Sequence record: MW373745.1
Length of the DNA: 64,000 nucleotides
Strand: one strand, 5' to 3'
The position numbers and the translations under genes are program-made. Below the pieces are notes generated by a model. That model was not told the origin of the DNA. It saw only the letters and a program-made list of their open reading frames with translations, and searched no databases. Positions 30,490 to 41,400 of the stretch are shown piece after piece (position 1 is the stretch's first letter; the number at the start of each line of letters is the position of its first letter).

Positions 30490-31005
30490 ATGAAATTAAT
30501 AGATGGTTATTATGTAGATTCTAACAACAATAAATGGGATGCTGAATTATATTCTGAGGACCAAGCTAAAAAAGCTTCAGAATCTTTAGTAAATTGTAAA
30601 GACTGTGTTAATTGTTTTAACTGCGAAGATTGTTATGATTGTGAAGACTGTGAAAAATGTAGCGAGTGCATAGATTGCAAAAACTGCGAAGATTGCTTTG
30701 GTTGCGAAGACTGTGTCAGATGTAATGGTTGTGCTGAATGTTATGAATGTTTTGTTTGTGAAGGTTGTAAGAACTGCACAAAATGTTGTGACTGCGAAGG
30801 TTGTGATTGTTGTTACAATTGTGTCAGGTGTAAAAAATGTGGAGATTGTGAAGACTGCAAAAAATGCAAAAAATGTGAAAGTTGTGATTATTGCTATAAT
30901 TGTGTAGAATGTGTTGATTGCTATACTTGTGAAGATTGCAAAAATTGTAAAAACTGTGTTAATTGTGTAGAATGTTGTGGATTCTTAGAACGAGAAAATG
31001 CATAA
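30490..31005 (+). CDS. Cysteine-rich (Cxx)n repeat protein
   Basis: 43 consecutive Cxx triplets; AAGGAG RBS. Confidence 0.8.
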   Translation: MKLIDGYYVDSNNNKWDAELYSEDQAKKASESLVNCKDCVNCFNCEDCYDCEDCEKCSECIDCKNCEDCFGCEDCVRCNGCAECYECFVCEGCKNCTKCCDCEGCDCCYNCVRCKKCGDCEDCKKCKKCESCDYCYNCVECVDCYTCEDCKNCKNCVNCVECCGFLERENA

Positions 31006-31056
31006 TTAATAATTTTTTAAGTTCAATTATATTATAATATATCAAAAGGAGATAAA

Positions 31057-32346
31057 ATGCAAATTATAACAGATTTTTTAAATGAATTAAATGCTTCAAA
31101 TAGTTCTAATTATAAATTAGAAGTTCTTAAAAAATATAACAATGAAATCATTAAAGAATTTCTTTCATTGGTTTATGATAAAGTCAAATATTCTTACGGA
31201 ATTAAAAAAGTACCAGAATTTCAAAATAATAATGAAACCATAGATTTCAATACAATTAAAAATACGTTCATAGCGTTGCATAATCGCGATTTTACAGGGA
31301 ATAAGGCGATTAGTGTTGTTCAGTCATTACTTAACAATAAAACACCAGAAATAACCAGGATTATTACTTATATTTTGGATAGAGATATTCATTCAGGTAT
31401 TTCAACTAAACAAATCAACAAAGTTCATAAAAAACTTATAACAGAATTTCCATATATGAGATGTTCATTAATGGATAAATTTAAGAATATTAGATTTCCA
31501 GCAATGATTCAAATAAAAGCGGATGGAACTTATAGAACTTTTATTAAAAAAGGTGATAGTGCCCAAGCATTTTCAAGATCTGGTGAAAGTTATGATCACC
31601 CTAAAGTATATTCAGCATTATTGAATCTGCCAGATGGTGCTTATATTGGTGAATTAATTTGTAATGAAGTTGAAGGTACTAATTCAACTGAAATCAGATA
31701 TAAATCTAATGGTTTACTTAATAGTTTAACACCACCTGAAAATGTAACTTTTTATATGTGGGATTATTTGACTTTAGAAGAATTTGAAAATGGAAATAGT
31801 AAAACACCATATAAAGAAAGATTTGAGTTTGTTTGGAGATTAACTGAATCTTTAGAATCTGATACATTAACTGTTGTTAGAACCAGAGTTATTGACAATA
31901 TAGAAGCTGCTAATGAGTATTTAAATACTTGGTTAAAAGAAGGTGAAGAAGGTGCTATCTTAAAAAATTGTGACGCTGTATTTAAGAATGGTACTAGTAC
32001 AGAACAAATAAAATTAAAACCAGAAATAGAAGTTGAAGTTCGTTGTATTGATTTTACAGAAGGTAATGGTAAGTTTAAGGATACTTTTGGTGCTATTGTT
32101 TTTAAAACAGATGATGAATTAATTCAAGGTAAAGTTTCTGGGATTAGTGATACTGAAAGAGCTGAAATATTTAAAAATAGTTCTAAGTATTTAAATAAAG
32201 TTTTTACAGTTAAAGCAACAGCATTGACAAAATCTGAAGATTCTGAAATATATGCTTTAATGCATCCAAGATTTAATGGATTTAGAGAAGATAAAGATTA
32301 TACAGATACTTTAGATAGAGTCAAAAATATGGGATTAAAATTTTAA
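31057..32346 (+). CDS. lig: ATP-dependent DNA ligase (gp30)
   Basis: QIKADG, GELI, EEGAILK and IKLK motifs; OB-fold with HPRF. Confidence 0.92.
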   Translation: MQIITDFLNELNASNSSNYKLEVLKKYNNEIIKEFLSLVYDKVKYSYGIKKVPEFQNNNETIDFNTIKNTFIALHNRDFTGNKAISVVQSLLNNKTPEITRIITYILDRDIHSGISTKQINKVHKKLITEFPYMRCSLMDKFKNIRFPAMIQIKADGTYRTFIKKGDSAQAFSRSGESYDHPKVYSALLNLPDGAYIGELICNEVEGTNSTEIRYKSNGLLNSLTPPENVTFYMWDYLTLEEFENGNSKTPYKERFEFVWRLTESLESDTLTVVRTRVIDNIEAANEYLNTWLKEGEEGAILKNCDAVFKNGTSTEQIKLKPEIEVEVRCIDFTEGNGKFKDTFGAIVFKTDDELIQGKVSGISDTERAEIFKNSSKYLNKVFTVKATALTKSEDSEIYALMHPRFNGFREDKDYTDTLDRVKNMGLKF

Positions 32347-32362
32347 GAAATCAATTTAGAAT

Positions 32363-33916
32363 TCAACTAGGCAATTCACTAGCTGCTTGAATTCTAAATA
32401 CAACTTCTTCAATTAAATACTTAGGTTTATAATAAACATCTACATAAATGTTATTATCCTGAGTAGGATTATTAGAAATATCACAAACTATTTTAAAATC
32501 TTCTATATTATTATCTGCAACATAACTTCTACAAATTTCTTTTATTTTTGAAGTTAAATCATTTCTTGTATATTCATCATTATTTTCAAATACATAATAT
32601 AATGCAGCATTTTCACATTCTCGAACTAAATTGAAATATATTATTCTATTTGTTAATTTAGATCCTTTTAAGGTATTTTCACTTAAAGCGTATATACCGG
32701 AATATCCTTTTTTAACAATATTAATATTTAAATCATATAAATCTTTTATTTGTGATTCTGTTAAATATATATCCAAATCTATTGTATTTAAGAAACTATA
32801 AATTGTTTTACAGTGAGATACTGATAATTCTTGTGAATTAATTAATCTGGTTCTTAAACCAACAATATCGCCTATACAATTAACATATATATTTTGATTA
32901 TTAAATGGATTTAATTGTAATTTAGAACCATAGTAAACAACAGCATTGTTTGAAATTTGTAATTGTTTAATATATTCTTCAGGTTTGATACCTCTGGGTA
33001 TGCCTACGAAAGCGCAACAATCACCACGAGTATCTGCTAAATTGATAGCAGAATTTGGACTTTGTGTATTAGCGATTATAAAATCAAACACATAATCATT
33101 AGATTCACCGACACTTTTATATGTTTCATCTATTTGGGCTGCACTTGGTAAACTTGCGTACCCGTTACTTAATTTAAGACTATTAGAACCATAAAAAACT
33201 GTTTTATCTGAGTTAGGTTCATTTCCATCAGCTAAGCGATTTAAGCCATCCACATAGTGGATATTACCATCATATAACTTGTATTTTTTAGGATCGAAAA
33301 CAATGAATATATAATTAGAATTTTCATTAATAGTATCTACCATATCCTCAGCTTCTTTTAAGATATATTTTTCCATTAATGTATCTTTTAAGAACACACA
33401 AATACAATATTGATTTGAACTCATTGAATTTTGAATATCTTTTGCTAAATAATTGCTGTGTATTAGCATATTATTAAGAACTTCATATTGTGTAAAAATA
33501 CAAACTGTTAAATCATTTCCCCACTCTCCTGGGTTTCTAGCAAGGATTCTCAAGAAATTATTTTCAGAAATTATACGTTTACTTCTAAAATCATCTAAGT
33601 TATCTATTCTGACGTCAAAGTCATTAAATGGATAGCTAATACTAGCATTAACTGAATTTTCACCAATAGATCTCGAAATAACTATTTCATTATTATCATA
33701 TAAAAAATAATTATAAATTTGAAACCAGTCATTTATATTATTTTTGTTTGGTTTACCAAATTTTGTTTTAAAATCTAATATAGAATAAACGGATGTTAAA
33801 GTATCTGGTGAACCTTTATCGAAATATCCAGCATAGAATACTCTTCTTGGTTGTGAATAATTTGATGTTGAACTGGTATCACTATCAATAAATCTAACAC
33901 TTGGGACTGGCATCAT
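32363..33916 (-). CDS. Tail sheath-like paralog (gp18 family)
   Basis: ARNPGEWGND, RGDCCAFVG, NINIV and YVDVYYKPKYLIEEV motifs. Confidence 0.75.
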   Translation of the reverse strand: MMPVPSVRFIDSDTSSTSNYSQPRRVFYAGYFDKGSPDTLTSVYSILDFKTKFGKPNKNNINDWFQIYNYFLYDNNEIVISRSIGENSVNASISYPFNDFDVRIDNLDDFRSKRIISENNFLRILARNPGEWGNDLTVCIFTQYEVLNNMLIHSNYLAKDIQNSMSSNQYCICVFLKDTLMEKYILKEAEDMVDTINENSNYIFIVFDPKKYKLYDGNIHYVDGLNRLADGNEPNSDKTVFYGSNSLKLSNGYASLPSAAQIDETYKSVGESNDYVFDFIIANTQSPNSAINLADTRGDCCAFVGIPRGIKPEEYIKQLQISNNAVVYYGSKLQLNPFNNQNIYVNCIGDIVGLRTRLINSQELSVSHCKTIYSFLNTIDLDIYLTESQIKDLYDLNINIVKKGYSGIYALSENTLKGSKLTNRIIYFNLVRECENAALYYVFENNDEYTRNDLTSKIKEICRSYVADNNIEDFKIVCDISNNPTQDNNIYVDVYYKPKYLIEEVVFRIQAASELPS

Positions 33917-33945
33917 AATCCTTCATATAAAAATATATGATTTTT

Positions 33946-33973
33946 AAATTCTTATAGAAATCTACAAGAATTT
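33946..33973 (-). other. Hairpin just 3' of tnpB, candidate right-end/omegaRNA element
   Basis: Minus-strand AAAUUCUUGUAG-AUUU-CUAUAAGAAUUU, a 12-bp stem with one G-U pair. Confidence 0.5.
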
Positions 33974-33982
33974 AATCAAATA

Positions 33983-35227
33983 TTACAAAGTAATATTCAT
34001 TTTTTGTATCTTGAGAAGTCTATTCTTCTCAAAGATATGGGATAACCATAAATCCCCACATATTTTGGCTATATTGACAGCTGAATTTATATCTCTATCA
34101 ACTTTGAAACCTGGACTTAATTCTACCTCTCTAATACTAAGATTCGAGTCTAGTTCTCTTTTTCCTGTAAGACAGTTAGTCTGAGAAGTATATGCTTCAT
34201 TCACAAGTAAAAAGTTCAACCCTTTATTCTCTGCTTTATACTTTAAGAAACCCTTAAATCTACTCAATAGTCCTTCATTTTGAGTTGATTTGTTTAAACT
34301 TGTTTTATAGTCTTTCTTTAATTTTTTAGTCTTGATATCTCCACAAATGATGTTATCTATACCATTAAGAATGCAGAGATCTACCATAGTTTTTGAGGTC
34401 TTATGGAGATAGTCTTTTCTTTTATTAGTTAGTTTTGCTTGCTTTCTTCTGATTGTTTTGTTAAGTTTCTTATATGCTCTTGAACCTTTCTTCTTCTTAT
34501 CTCTTTTAGACTTAAGTTCATTTATAGCTCTTTCTAAACCTTTAAATCTCTTAGTTTGTATCTTCAGACAATCAATCTTATTTGAGTAGCAAGATGCTGT
34601 ACTGCTTATTCCTAGATCTATAGAAAGAAAATTTTGATTTAGTGCTTTTTCTTGTTTTTTCTCTGAGAAAACAAAAATACAATCTATTCTCTTATTCTCA
34701 TCAATCTTGATGACTATCTGTTTTAAAGTCTCATAGTTGATAAGTTCTATATCATAGTAAGGGCATTTACTTAAATCTAATTCAAATCCTATTGAAGTAA
34801 AGTTTATTTTCTTACCTTCTAGTTTAAATCCCCCGCCTGGACAATATTTCTTTACAAGAGTTACCTCTCCTGTTTCAGAATTAACAACCTCTACAATCTT
34901 AGAAGAAAGATTTATATCCATAATGATAGGACTATATTCTCTATATAATTTTGGAAATCTAACAGTTTTATCTGTTTTCTTTTTTGCTAGATAAGATTTT
35001 ACAGCATTTATAACCTCTCTAGAGGTATTCTGTATATGTTTTGAATGCAAGCCTGTTGTTTTAGACCTACCTTTTGTGATTTTAGATAAATCTTTAAAAT
35101 TTAAATTTTCTTTGAGCGTATCAAGACATACGTTATAGACAGCAGAAAGGGATTTAGAATATTGAAATATTTCTGATTTTTCTGCATCAGATATAAAACT
35201 ATCAATTCTTATCTTTCTAGATAACAT
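33983..35227 (-). mobile_element. tnpB: IS200/IS605-type TnpB (RNA-guided nuclease); no adjacent TnpA
   Basis: SIDLG (RuvC-I), KKGSR...RKDYLHKTS, NEAYTSQT and DRDINSAVNI (RuvC-III). Confidence 0.88.
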
Positions 35228-35372
35228 TCTAAACTCCTTTCTTTTATTTATAATTTTTTATAATTATTTATATTTCTTCTTTTGCTAAAATGAATGTAAC
35301 TACTAAAAGTAGTATTAATAAATCTACTATTATTAATTGTTCATATTCTTGGCCATTATGTATTAACATATT

Positions 35373-36575
35373 TTATACTTTAGTGTTTACTAAGCCAACT
35401 AGTTCAGATTCTTTAGATTCTAAAGCTATGCCTATAAAATATTTTTCTTCTTTTTTGCTTGGGTTTACACAGGCATAACCGTCATACTCAGCATATAATT
35501 CGTCGCCGGCTTTTACAGAACCTTTAACAATTACTGGTGTTTGACCCTTTAAAGCTATTAACACACCTTTACAATCTTTATTAAGAATAAACCCTGGTTT
35601 ATCTGAAACTACACCTAAAGGTCTATTATGTTTATAGATGTCGAAATATTCAATTTCTGAATTTTCATTAATACCCAGAACAGCACCAACTTCAAACTCT
35701 TTATCGGTTTCGTAGACCTCAGCTAAGTCAGCGTATTTTGCTTTTAAAGCAGTTCCTATAAAATCTTGAGCGTACATAGCTTTAAATTGTTGTGTTGTTG
35801 AGCCAATTGTAGATATTAAGTTTAATCCTGGTAATAATCCAGCTTCTGTGGTTAACCAAGCTTCTTTTTTACTTTTACGAGTTTGTAATTGTTTAGATTT
35901 AGAATCAACAAATACATAATCCGTTAACAAATCATCTATATTAGTAATGCTTTGTTTTACTTCATCTATTAAATTATCTACATATTTTTTAGTTGTTACG
36001 TGAGCGGGTTCAGATACTTCTAAATCTATTTTATTATCTTGTTTAATATAGATACCTGCGAGATAACCATCTAAGAAATCTTTAAATTGTTCTAAAGCCC
36101 ATTTAAGATACTTTAAGTTAATAACATCGTAATCGTCGTTGATGGGCCAATCTTTATCATTATCAGTTTTAGTAGGATAATTATCTACATCTAACCAAGG
36201 GTATAATTCATTTAAAGTAACTTTTTTCCACATATCAGGATTAGTATCTGGATAATACCCTTGATTTTCGATATCACTAGGCAATGCTAAATAATATGAA
36301 TTTTTAATGGTTTCTACATCTGGATTATCTTCTGTTATATAAGAAACTATTTCACCTGCTTCATAAATTATGCTAGCATCCCATCTGATAGATTCTTTTG
36401 AAGTTAATATTTTAAATTGGCCGATTAATTGATTAACCTCTCTTTTGAGTTTATTAACCGACTTGTTTAGTGCGTCTGCACTAGCTCTTTGGTTATCCAT
36501 AATATTGAATTCTTGAACGAACTCTCTAAAACTAGTTAAGTTAAAATTATAGCCTTGGTATCTAAAATCAGACAT
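35373..36575 (-). CDS. Tail-fibre-related protein with a C-terminal intramolecular chaperone-like domain
   Basis: YADLAEVYE...LGVVSDKPGFILN...IALKGQTPV...GIALE. Confidence 0.6.
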   Translation of the reverse strand: MSDFRYQGYNFNLTSFREFVQEFNIMDNQRASADALNKSVNKLKREVNQLIGQFKILTSKESIRWDASIIYEAGEIVSYITEDNPDVETIKNSYYLALPSDIENQGYYPDTNPDMWKKVTLNELYPWLDVDNYPTKTDNDKDWPINDDYDVINLKYLKWALEQFKDFLDGYLAGIYIKQDNKIDLEVSEPAHVTTKKYVDNLIDEVKQSITNIDDLLTDYVFVDSKSKQLQTRKSKKEAWLTTEAGLLPGLNLISTIGSTTQQFKAMYAQDFIGTALKAKYADLAEVYETDKEFEVGAVLGINENSEIEYFDIYKHNRPLGVVSDKPGFILNKDCKGVLIALKGQTPVIVKGSVKAGDELYAEYDGYACVNPSKKEEKYFIGIALESKESELVGLVNTKV

Positions 36576-36638
36576 TAAATCTCCTGCTTATATTTTTAGT
36601 ATTTATTTTTGATCAGAGGCTTAAATAATTTAAATAGA

Positions 36639-37001
36639 TTAATTAGTATTTAAGGTTATTGTATAAGTTTCAAAGCTTGAAGTTTCTACTCCTGTAAAAT
36701 TATAATTAATACTTAATATAACCCTGTTGAATTCTGGTTGTGAATAAATGTCTACACTTTGAACTTTGATTCTAGGTTCGTAAACTTTTAGACATCTTGT
36801 AATTTCGGTTTGCATACTATTAATAGTAATATGGTCAATCATTTCAAACAAATAAGCATATAAATTGCAACCAAATTCTGGTTTACCAGCTAAGGAACCT
36901 TTTCTAGTAGTTAATATATTAAAAATACTTTGTTCTATAGCTCGTTTATCTATAACTACAGCATTCAAAGAATCATTATGAAAATCTTTATAAGTTGTCA
37001 T
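36639..37001 (-). CDS. Baseplate wedge protein gp25
   Basis: SIFNILTTRKG...PEFG...YEPRI. Confidence 0.88.
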   Translation of the reverse strand: MTTYKDFHNDSLNAVVIDKRAIEQSIFNILTTRKGSLAGKPEFGCNLYAYLFEMIDHITINSMQTEITRCLKVYEPRIKVQSVDIYSQPEFNRVILSINYNFTGVETSSFETYTITLNTN

Positions 37002-37076
37002 TTATATACCTATTATATTATTTTAAGGTATAAGCCGATTTAATATCGACTTATTTTTACCTTAATTTTCACTATG

Positions 37077-37493
37077 TTAATCTTCAGACTCAGTTACTTC
37101 AACACTTAATTTAACAACTTTTTCAGAACCACCCTTAGCTGTAGCTTTTACAGTAATTTCAGAAGTTCCTTTAGTTGCAGCAGTTATAGTGAATTTACCT
37201 GAACCTTTTTTAACTGTAGCATTGGCATTGTTAGACTCAACTGTGAAATCACTAGCATTTGTAGTTACATTAATATCTTTAGTCTGACCCTTCTCAATAG
37301 TTTGTTTATCAGCTGGATTTAAAGATAAAGTAGTTTCTACTGACGGTGATTCTGGATCACTTTCTTCATTATCAGCCAAGTTTGCTTCAGTTCTTTCAGC
37401 TATAATAGCTTTAACCTCCGCCTGTGATTTTTCATAGATTGAACCATTTATGTCAACTTTAACTGGATCTGCAGTAATATGTTCTAATGCCAT
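37077..37493 (-). CDS. Ig-like (Big_2-type) virion decoration protein
   Basis: C-terminal beta-rich domain similar to the Ig repeats in 54257-55639. Confidence 0.6.
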   Translation of the reverse strand: MALEHITADPVKVDINGSIYEKSQAEVKAIIAERTEANLADNEESDPESPSVETTLSLNPADKQTIEKGQTKDINVTTNASDFTVESNNANATVKKGSGKFTITAATKGTSEITVKATAKGGSEKVVKLSVEVTESED

Positions 37494-37592
37494 AAAATAC
37501 CTTTCATAATTATTAATTATTAAATATTTATTTTACATTCTAATGTTATATGTTTTAAAACTAACATTAAGTATATTTAAAATATTTGAATG

Positions 37593-37922
37593 TCACAATT
37601 TAGAATCTTTATCTTTGGGAGATATGTTATCTAATAATCTATCAATTATACTTTGTATTTTTTCATACCCAGCAAATGCTATAAAAATCGATACACCTAT
37701 TCTACTCGAATAAGTTAAATCAAAATTATCAGTTATTAAAAAAGAAGATAACGCTAAAATACCAGAGGTTGAAGAGGTTTTTATAAAAAGTTTGAATCTC
37801 GTTAAAAAATTGGTTTTAGATTTAGCAGCTTTATCTATATGCAAGAATTGTACAGCACCTATAACAGCACCTATAAGTAGTATAGGAAGGGAGCTAAACA
37901 GCGCATCATAAATATTCAACAT
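37593..37922 (-). CDS. Putative holin
   Basis: 109 aa, three hydrophobic segments, charged C-terminus. Confidence 0.5.
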   Translation of the reverse strand: MLNIYDALFSSLPILLIGAVIGAVQFLHIDKAAKSKTNFLTRFKLFIKTSSTSGILALSSFLITDNFDLTYSSRIGVSIFIAFAGYEKIQSIIDRLLDNISPKDKDSKL

Positions 37923-37981
37923 TTTACTCCCTTTAAAAAATTTATGTTATTTATTAACATAAAATATTGATAAGCAATGGG

Positions 37982-38194
37982 TTAATCAATATAATTAAAA
38001 AAACTAGCTATTGCATATATTAATGAAAATGTAATGACACCCCATATGGTTCTATTACATATTTTCCAAACAGTTCTTAATGAAATGGTATAATGTTCAC
38101 CACCAGAACAATGATATCTACCTATTAAAAACCATCTGAAAACAAACCAATAATATTTTAGTTTCTTTTTTAAATCTTCTGATTGACCACTCAT
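37982..38194 (-). CDS. Small membrane protein
   Basis: Hydrophobic segments; directly upstream of the holin-like gene. Confidence 0.5.
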   Translation of the reverse strand: MSGQSEDLKKKLKYYWFVFRWFLIGRYHCSGGEHYTISLRTVWKICNRTIWGVITFSLIYAIASFFNYID

Positions 38195-38202
38195 TTTAAA
38201 CC

Positions 38203-38355
38203 TTATTTATTGTCATATTTTTCTTTTAATTCATCGTATTCTTTTTTAAGAGCTTCATAAAGAGCTTCAGCTTTTTTAGAGCCGTTGACGCGAATACAAT
38301 AACCTACAGCAAGACCGACAACGAATATAGCAACGTAAATAGCAATACTTAACAT
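38203..38355 (-). CDS. 50-aa membrane-anchored coiled-coil protein, not in the ORF track
   Basis: Hand translation MLSIAIYVAIFVVGLAVGYCIRVNGSKKAEALYEALKKEYDELKEKYDNK; AAGGA RBS; late motif at 38381. Confidence 0.7.
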   Translation of the reverse strand: MLSIAIYVAIFVVGLAVGYCIRVNGSKKAEALYEALKKEYDELKEKYDNK

Positions 38356-38443
38356 TGATAATCCTTTAATAATTTTTTATTATTTATTAAACAAAAAATT
38401 GGCCGTAAAAATCAAATAAATATTACAAAAATCAGGATTTCAA

Positions 38444-41400
38444 ATGGCTATTATAAAAGAAACATTACCTTTTACATATGATGAAATATATCAAGATATA
38501 GCTAAAAGATTAATTGAAAAAGGCTGGGATGGAGGAGCTTATGAAGGTTCTAATGGAGCAATCTTAGCATCTGTTTTATCTTATATCGTAAGTTCTTTGA
38601 ACTTCAATACAGCAGTAAATGTTAATGAGAATGTTTTAACTTTGGCGACCAAACGTAAAAATGTTATACAAGATGCTAGGGTTTTGTCTTATGAACCTTC
38701 TCATAAAAAATCTACAATACTCGAAATAACATTAAGTTTTACCAGAACTGGTTATTTTAAAATACCAAAATACAGCACATTTATCATAAATGGTTTTACT
38801 TACAATTATTTAGGCGATGATTTAGAATTCAATATAGATAAAATAGGAGCTACAACTACAATACAAGTAAAAGAAGGTACATTAATTAAAAACGAAGAAT
38901 ATCCTGATATTTTAACTTATAAAATAGATGAAAAATTTGAATACATAGATATACCTTGGAATGATGTAGAAGATGATGGTGTGGAATGTTATGTTACTTA
39001 TTATGATACTTTTGGAAATTTATCGGATAATGCAACTTTTGTAAAATCTTCTTTTAATTTAATTGATATTAAGGATAGTACCAATAATAAGTTCTTTAGA
39101 AAAGATGATGTGGATACTGGCAATGCTAGGATATATTTTCAACTAGGGACTGCTGGTACTAAGTTGCCTTCTAATACGAGAGTTTATATTAATGTTTTAA
39201 GAACTTCTGGAATAGACGCATATTATGAGAGATGTGATTCAGCTTCCGTTAACGGTGATCTTGGCTCTTTTTGTAAAATATTGACTTCTGGTAAAGATGT
39301 ACCTGTATTAGTTTCCCAAGCTCAGGATGAAGAAAGTATAGAGTCTATTAAAACAAATGCACCAATGTTTTATAATAGTGCTTCAAGAACAGTAACTATA
39401 CACGATTATAATTCAGTTATAAAAACACACTCTAGTGTTAAAAATGTAGTGACTTGGGGAGGCGAAGATGAATATCCAGTTGCTCCAGGTAATTTGTATT
39501 TTTCAGCTGAACCCCGAAGAAAAGAACCAGAATTTACAATCTTTAAAAAAGTTCAACAAAGTGATGGAACATATACTTACAAAAAAGAAAACTCTACTTT
39601 AGCAAACGGTGAATTATTGAATACTACTGAAATGAGTACCAATCAATACTACATAAAAGAATCTTATAATGATCCTGACACATTATATTTAAATGATGGT
39701 GAAGTTGTTTCTGCAGAAAAAGATGCTAACGGTTATAAAAACCCAGGTATTTTTGACTTAGTAGATACATATAATTTACCAGCACTTAAGAATAATCTTA
39801 AAAATCCAACATATGTTAATATAGATTTACAAGTTCTTATTAAACAATATCCATTTGGTACTCCAAAATCAGATATTCGTAAAAAAATCTATGCAAAGAT
39901 TCGTGAAAAAATGGCAGAAATTGAAAAATTTGAAGGTGAATTTATCCATTCTAACTTAGTTAGGCATTTAGACAATGAATTGGGTCTGGGTAATGGTATA
40001 GAAGTAAATCCATATTTTAGTTTATTACTAAGTGAAGAAAACTGTGTAAAACAATTTAAAGAAAATAAAGACTTTAGTAAAGTAAATTGTTTTTATGCTA
40101 AATCATATGACAAATTATCTAAGAATTTAGTTCTTAGTGTTTATTTTAGTTTATTGGCTAGTGTGGGTGATAAATTAGAAGTTTATTTTAATAAAGAAAG
40201 TTTGCCGTTTATTTTAGACAATACAGATCATTATACTTATGAATTAACGGATACTGATATCAACCAATCTTACAAATCTTTTTATTTTAAGGATGTGGGA
40301 TTTGATGAAGAATCATTAAATGTTAGAATAATATCATACGATGGATTGACCACCTATGGGGGAAACGACATTAATTTATACAACTTAAAAAATAAAACCG
40401 TATTTTTTAATGTTAATATAGGTAATGAATTATCAGTTATTAAAATAGCATTGCCAAGATTTGTTAGTGTAGGTGATAGTTTTAAAGTTTACGGTTTATA
40501 TGGTTCTCGCAAAGCAGAACAATTAATATATGATTTCTATATTACTGAAGAGATACTTTCACAAGGCTATCTACAATGTGATGATTTACAAAGGGGTAAA
40601 TATGCAGGTCTTGTAGGAGCAAGTGATTATAAAGTTGTTTATACTTGTAATAGAGAATCTTTAAAACCAAGTGATAGTGAAGAACCTGATAGCAATGGGT
40701 TAAAATCTAATCAACTATTAGGAACTGCCAGTGGTTCTTGGGAATCTGCAGTTAACCAAACTGAAAGTCAAGATAATGTTTTTGGTGATATAGAAACTTC
40801 TAATTTATATTATAACTGGTATGAAGATTCTGACGGTCAAATAGATATTAGAGTTTGGATACCAAGCTCAGTAAAAGCCAATGATACATTATTAATAGAT
40901 TATGCTCAAAAAACTACAAGTATTGTTATAACAGACGCTATGATAGCTCAAAGGCAGTTTGATACAAAAATAGATGGTATATTATTAGATGTTACAAAAA
41001 TTTCATTTGGTAGTGCTGATGGTTCTATCGGTATATATCCTACTTACGTAGAAAGACAAAATGAATTAACACCTGTAGAAGATGATAGAATTCAATTTGT
41101 TGCTAAACAGTTTGAAAATATAACAGAATATGCGCCCACAACCACATTTGATAGAGAAGTTCAATTAAAATCTAATGAAAAAATTACATTTTATGTTAAT
41201 TATAATAATAAATTCGACGTCAGGAATTTAATTGCAAATCACGATGATGCATTAGATTCATATACAGTCAGTATACCGGAAGGTTCTCCATTAAAATACG
41301 AAGCGCCATACGTAGTATTAAATAATTATAGAAAAACAGGAACTTTTAATTTTAATTTAGACGTTCAAGTAAAACGTGGTGATTTATTATATCAAAATCA

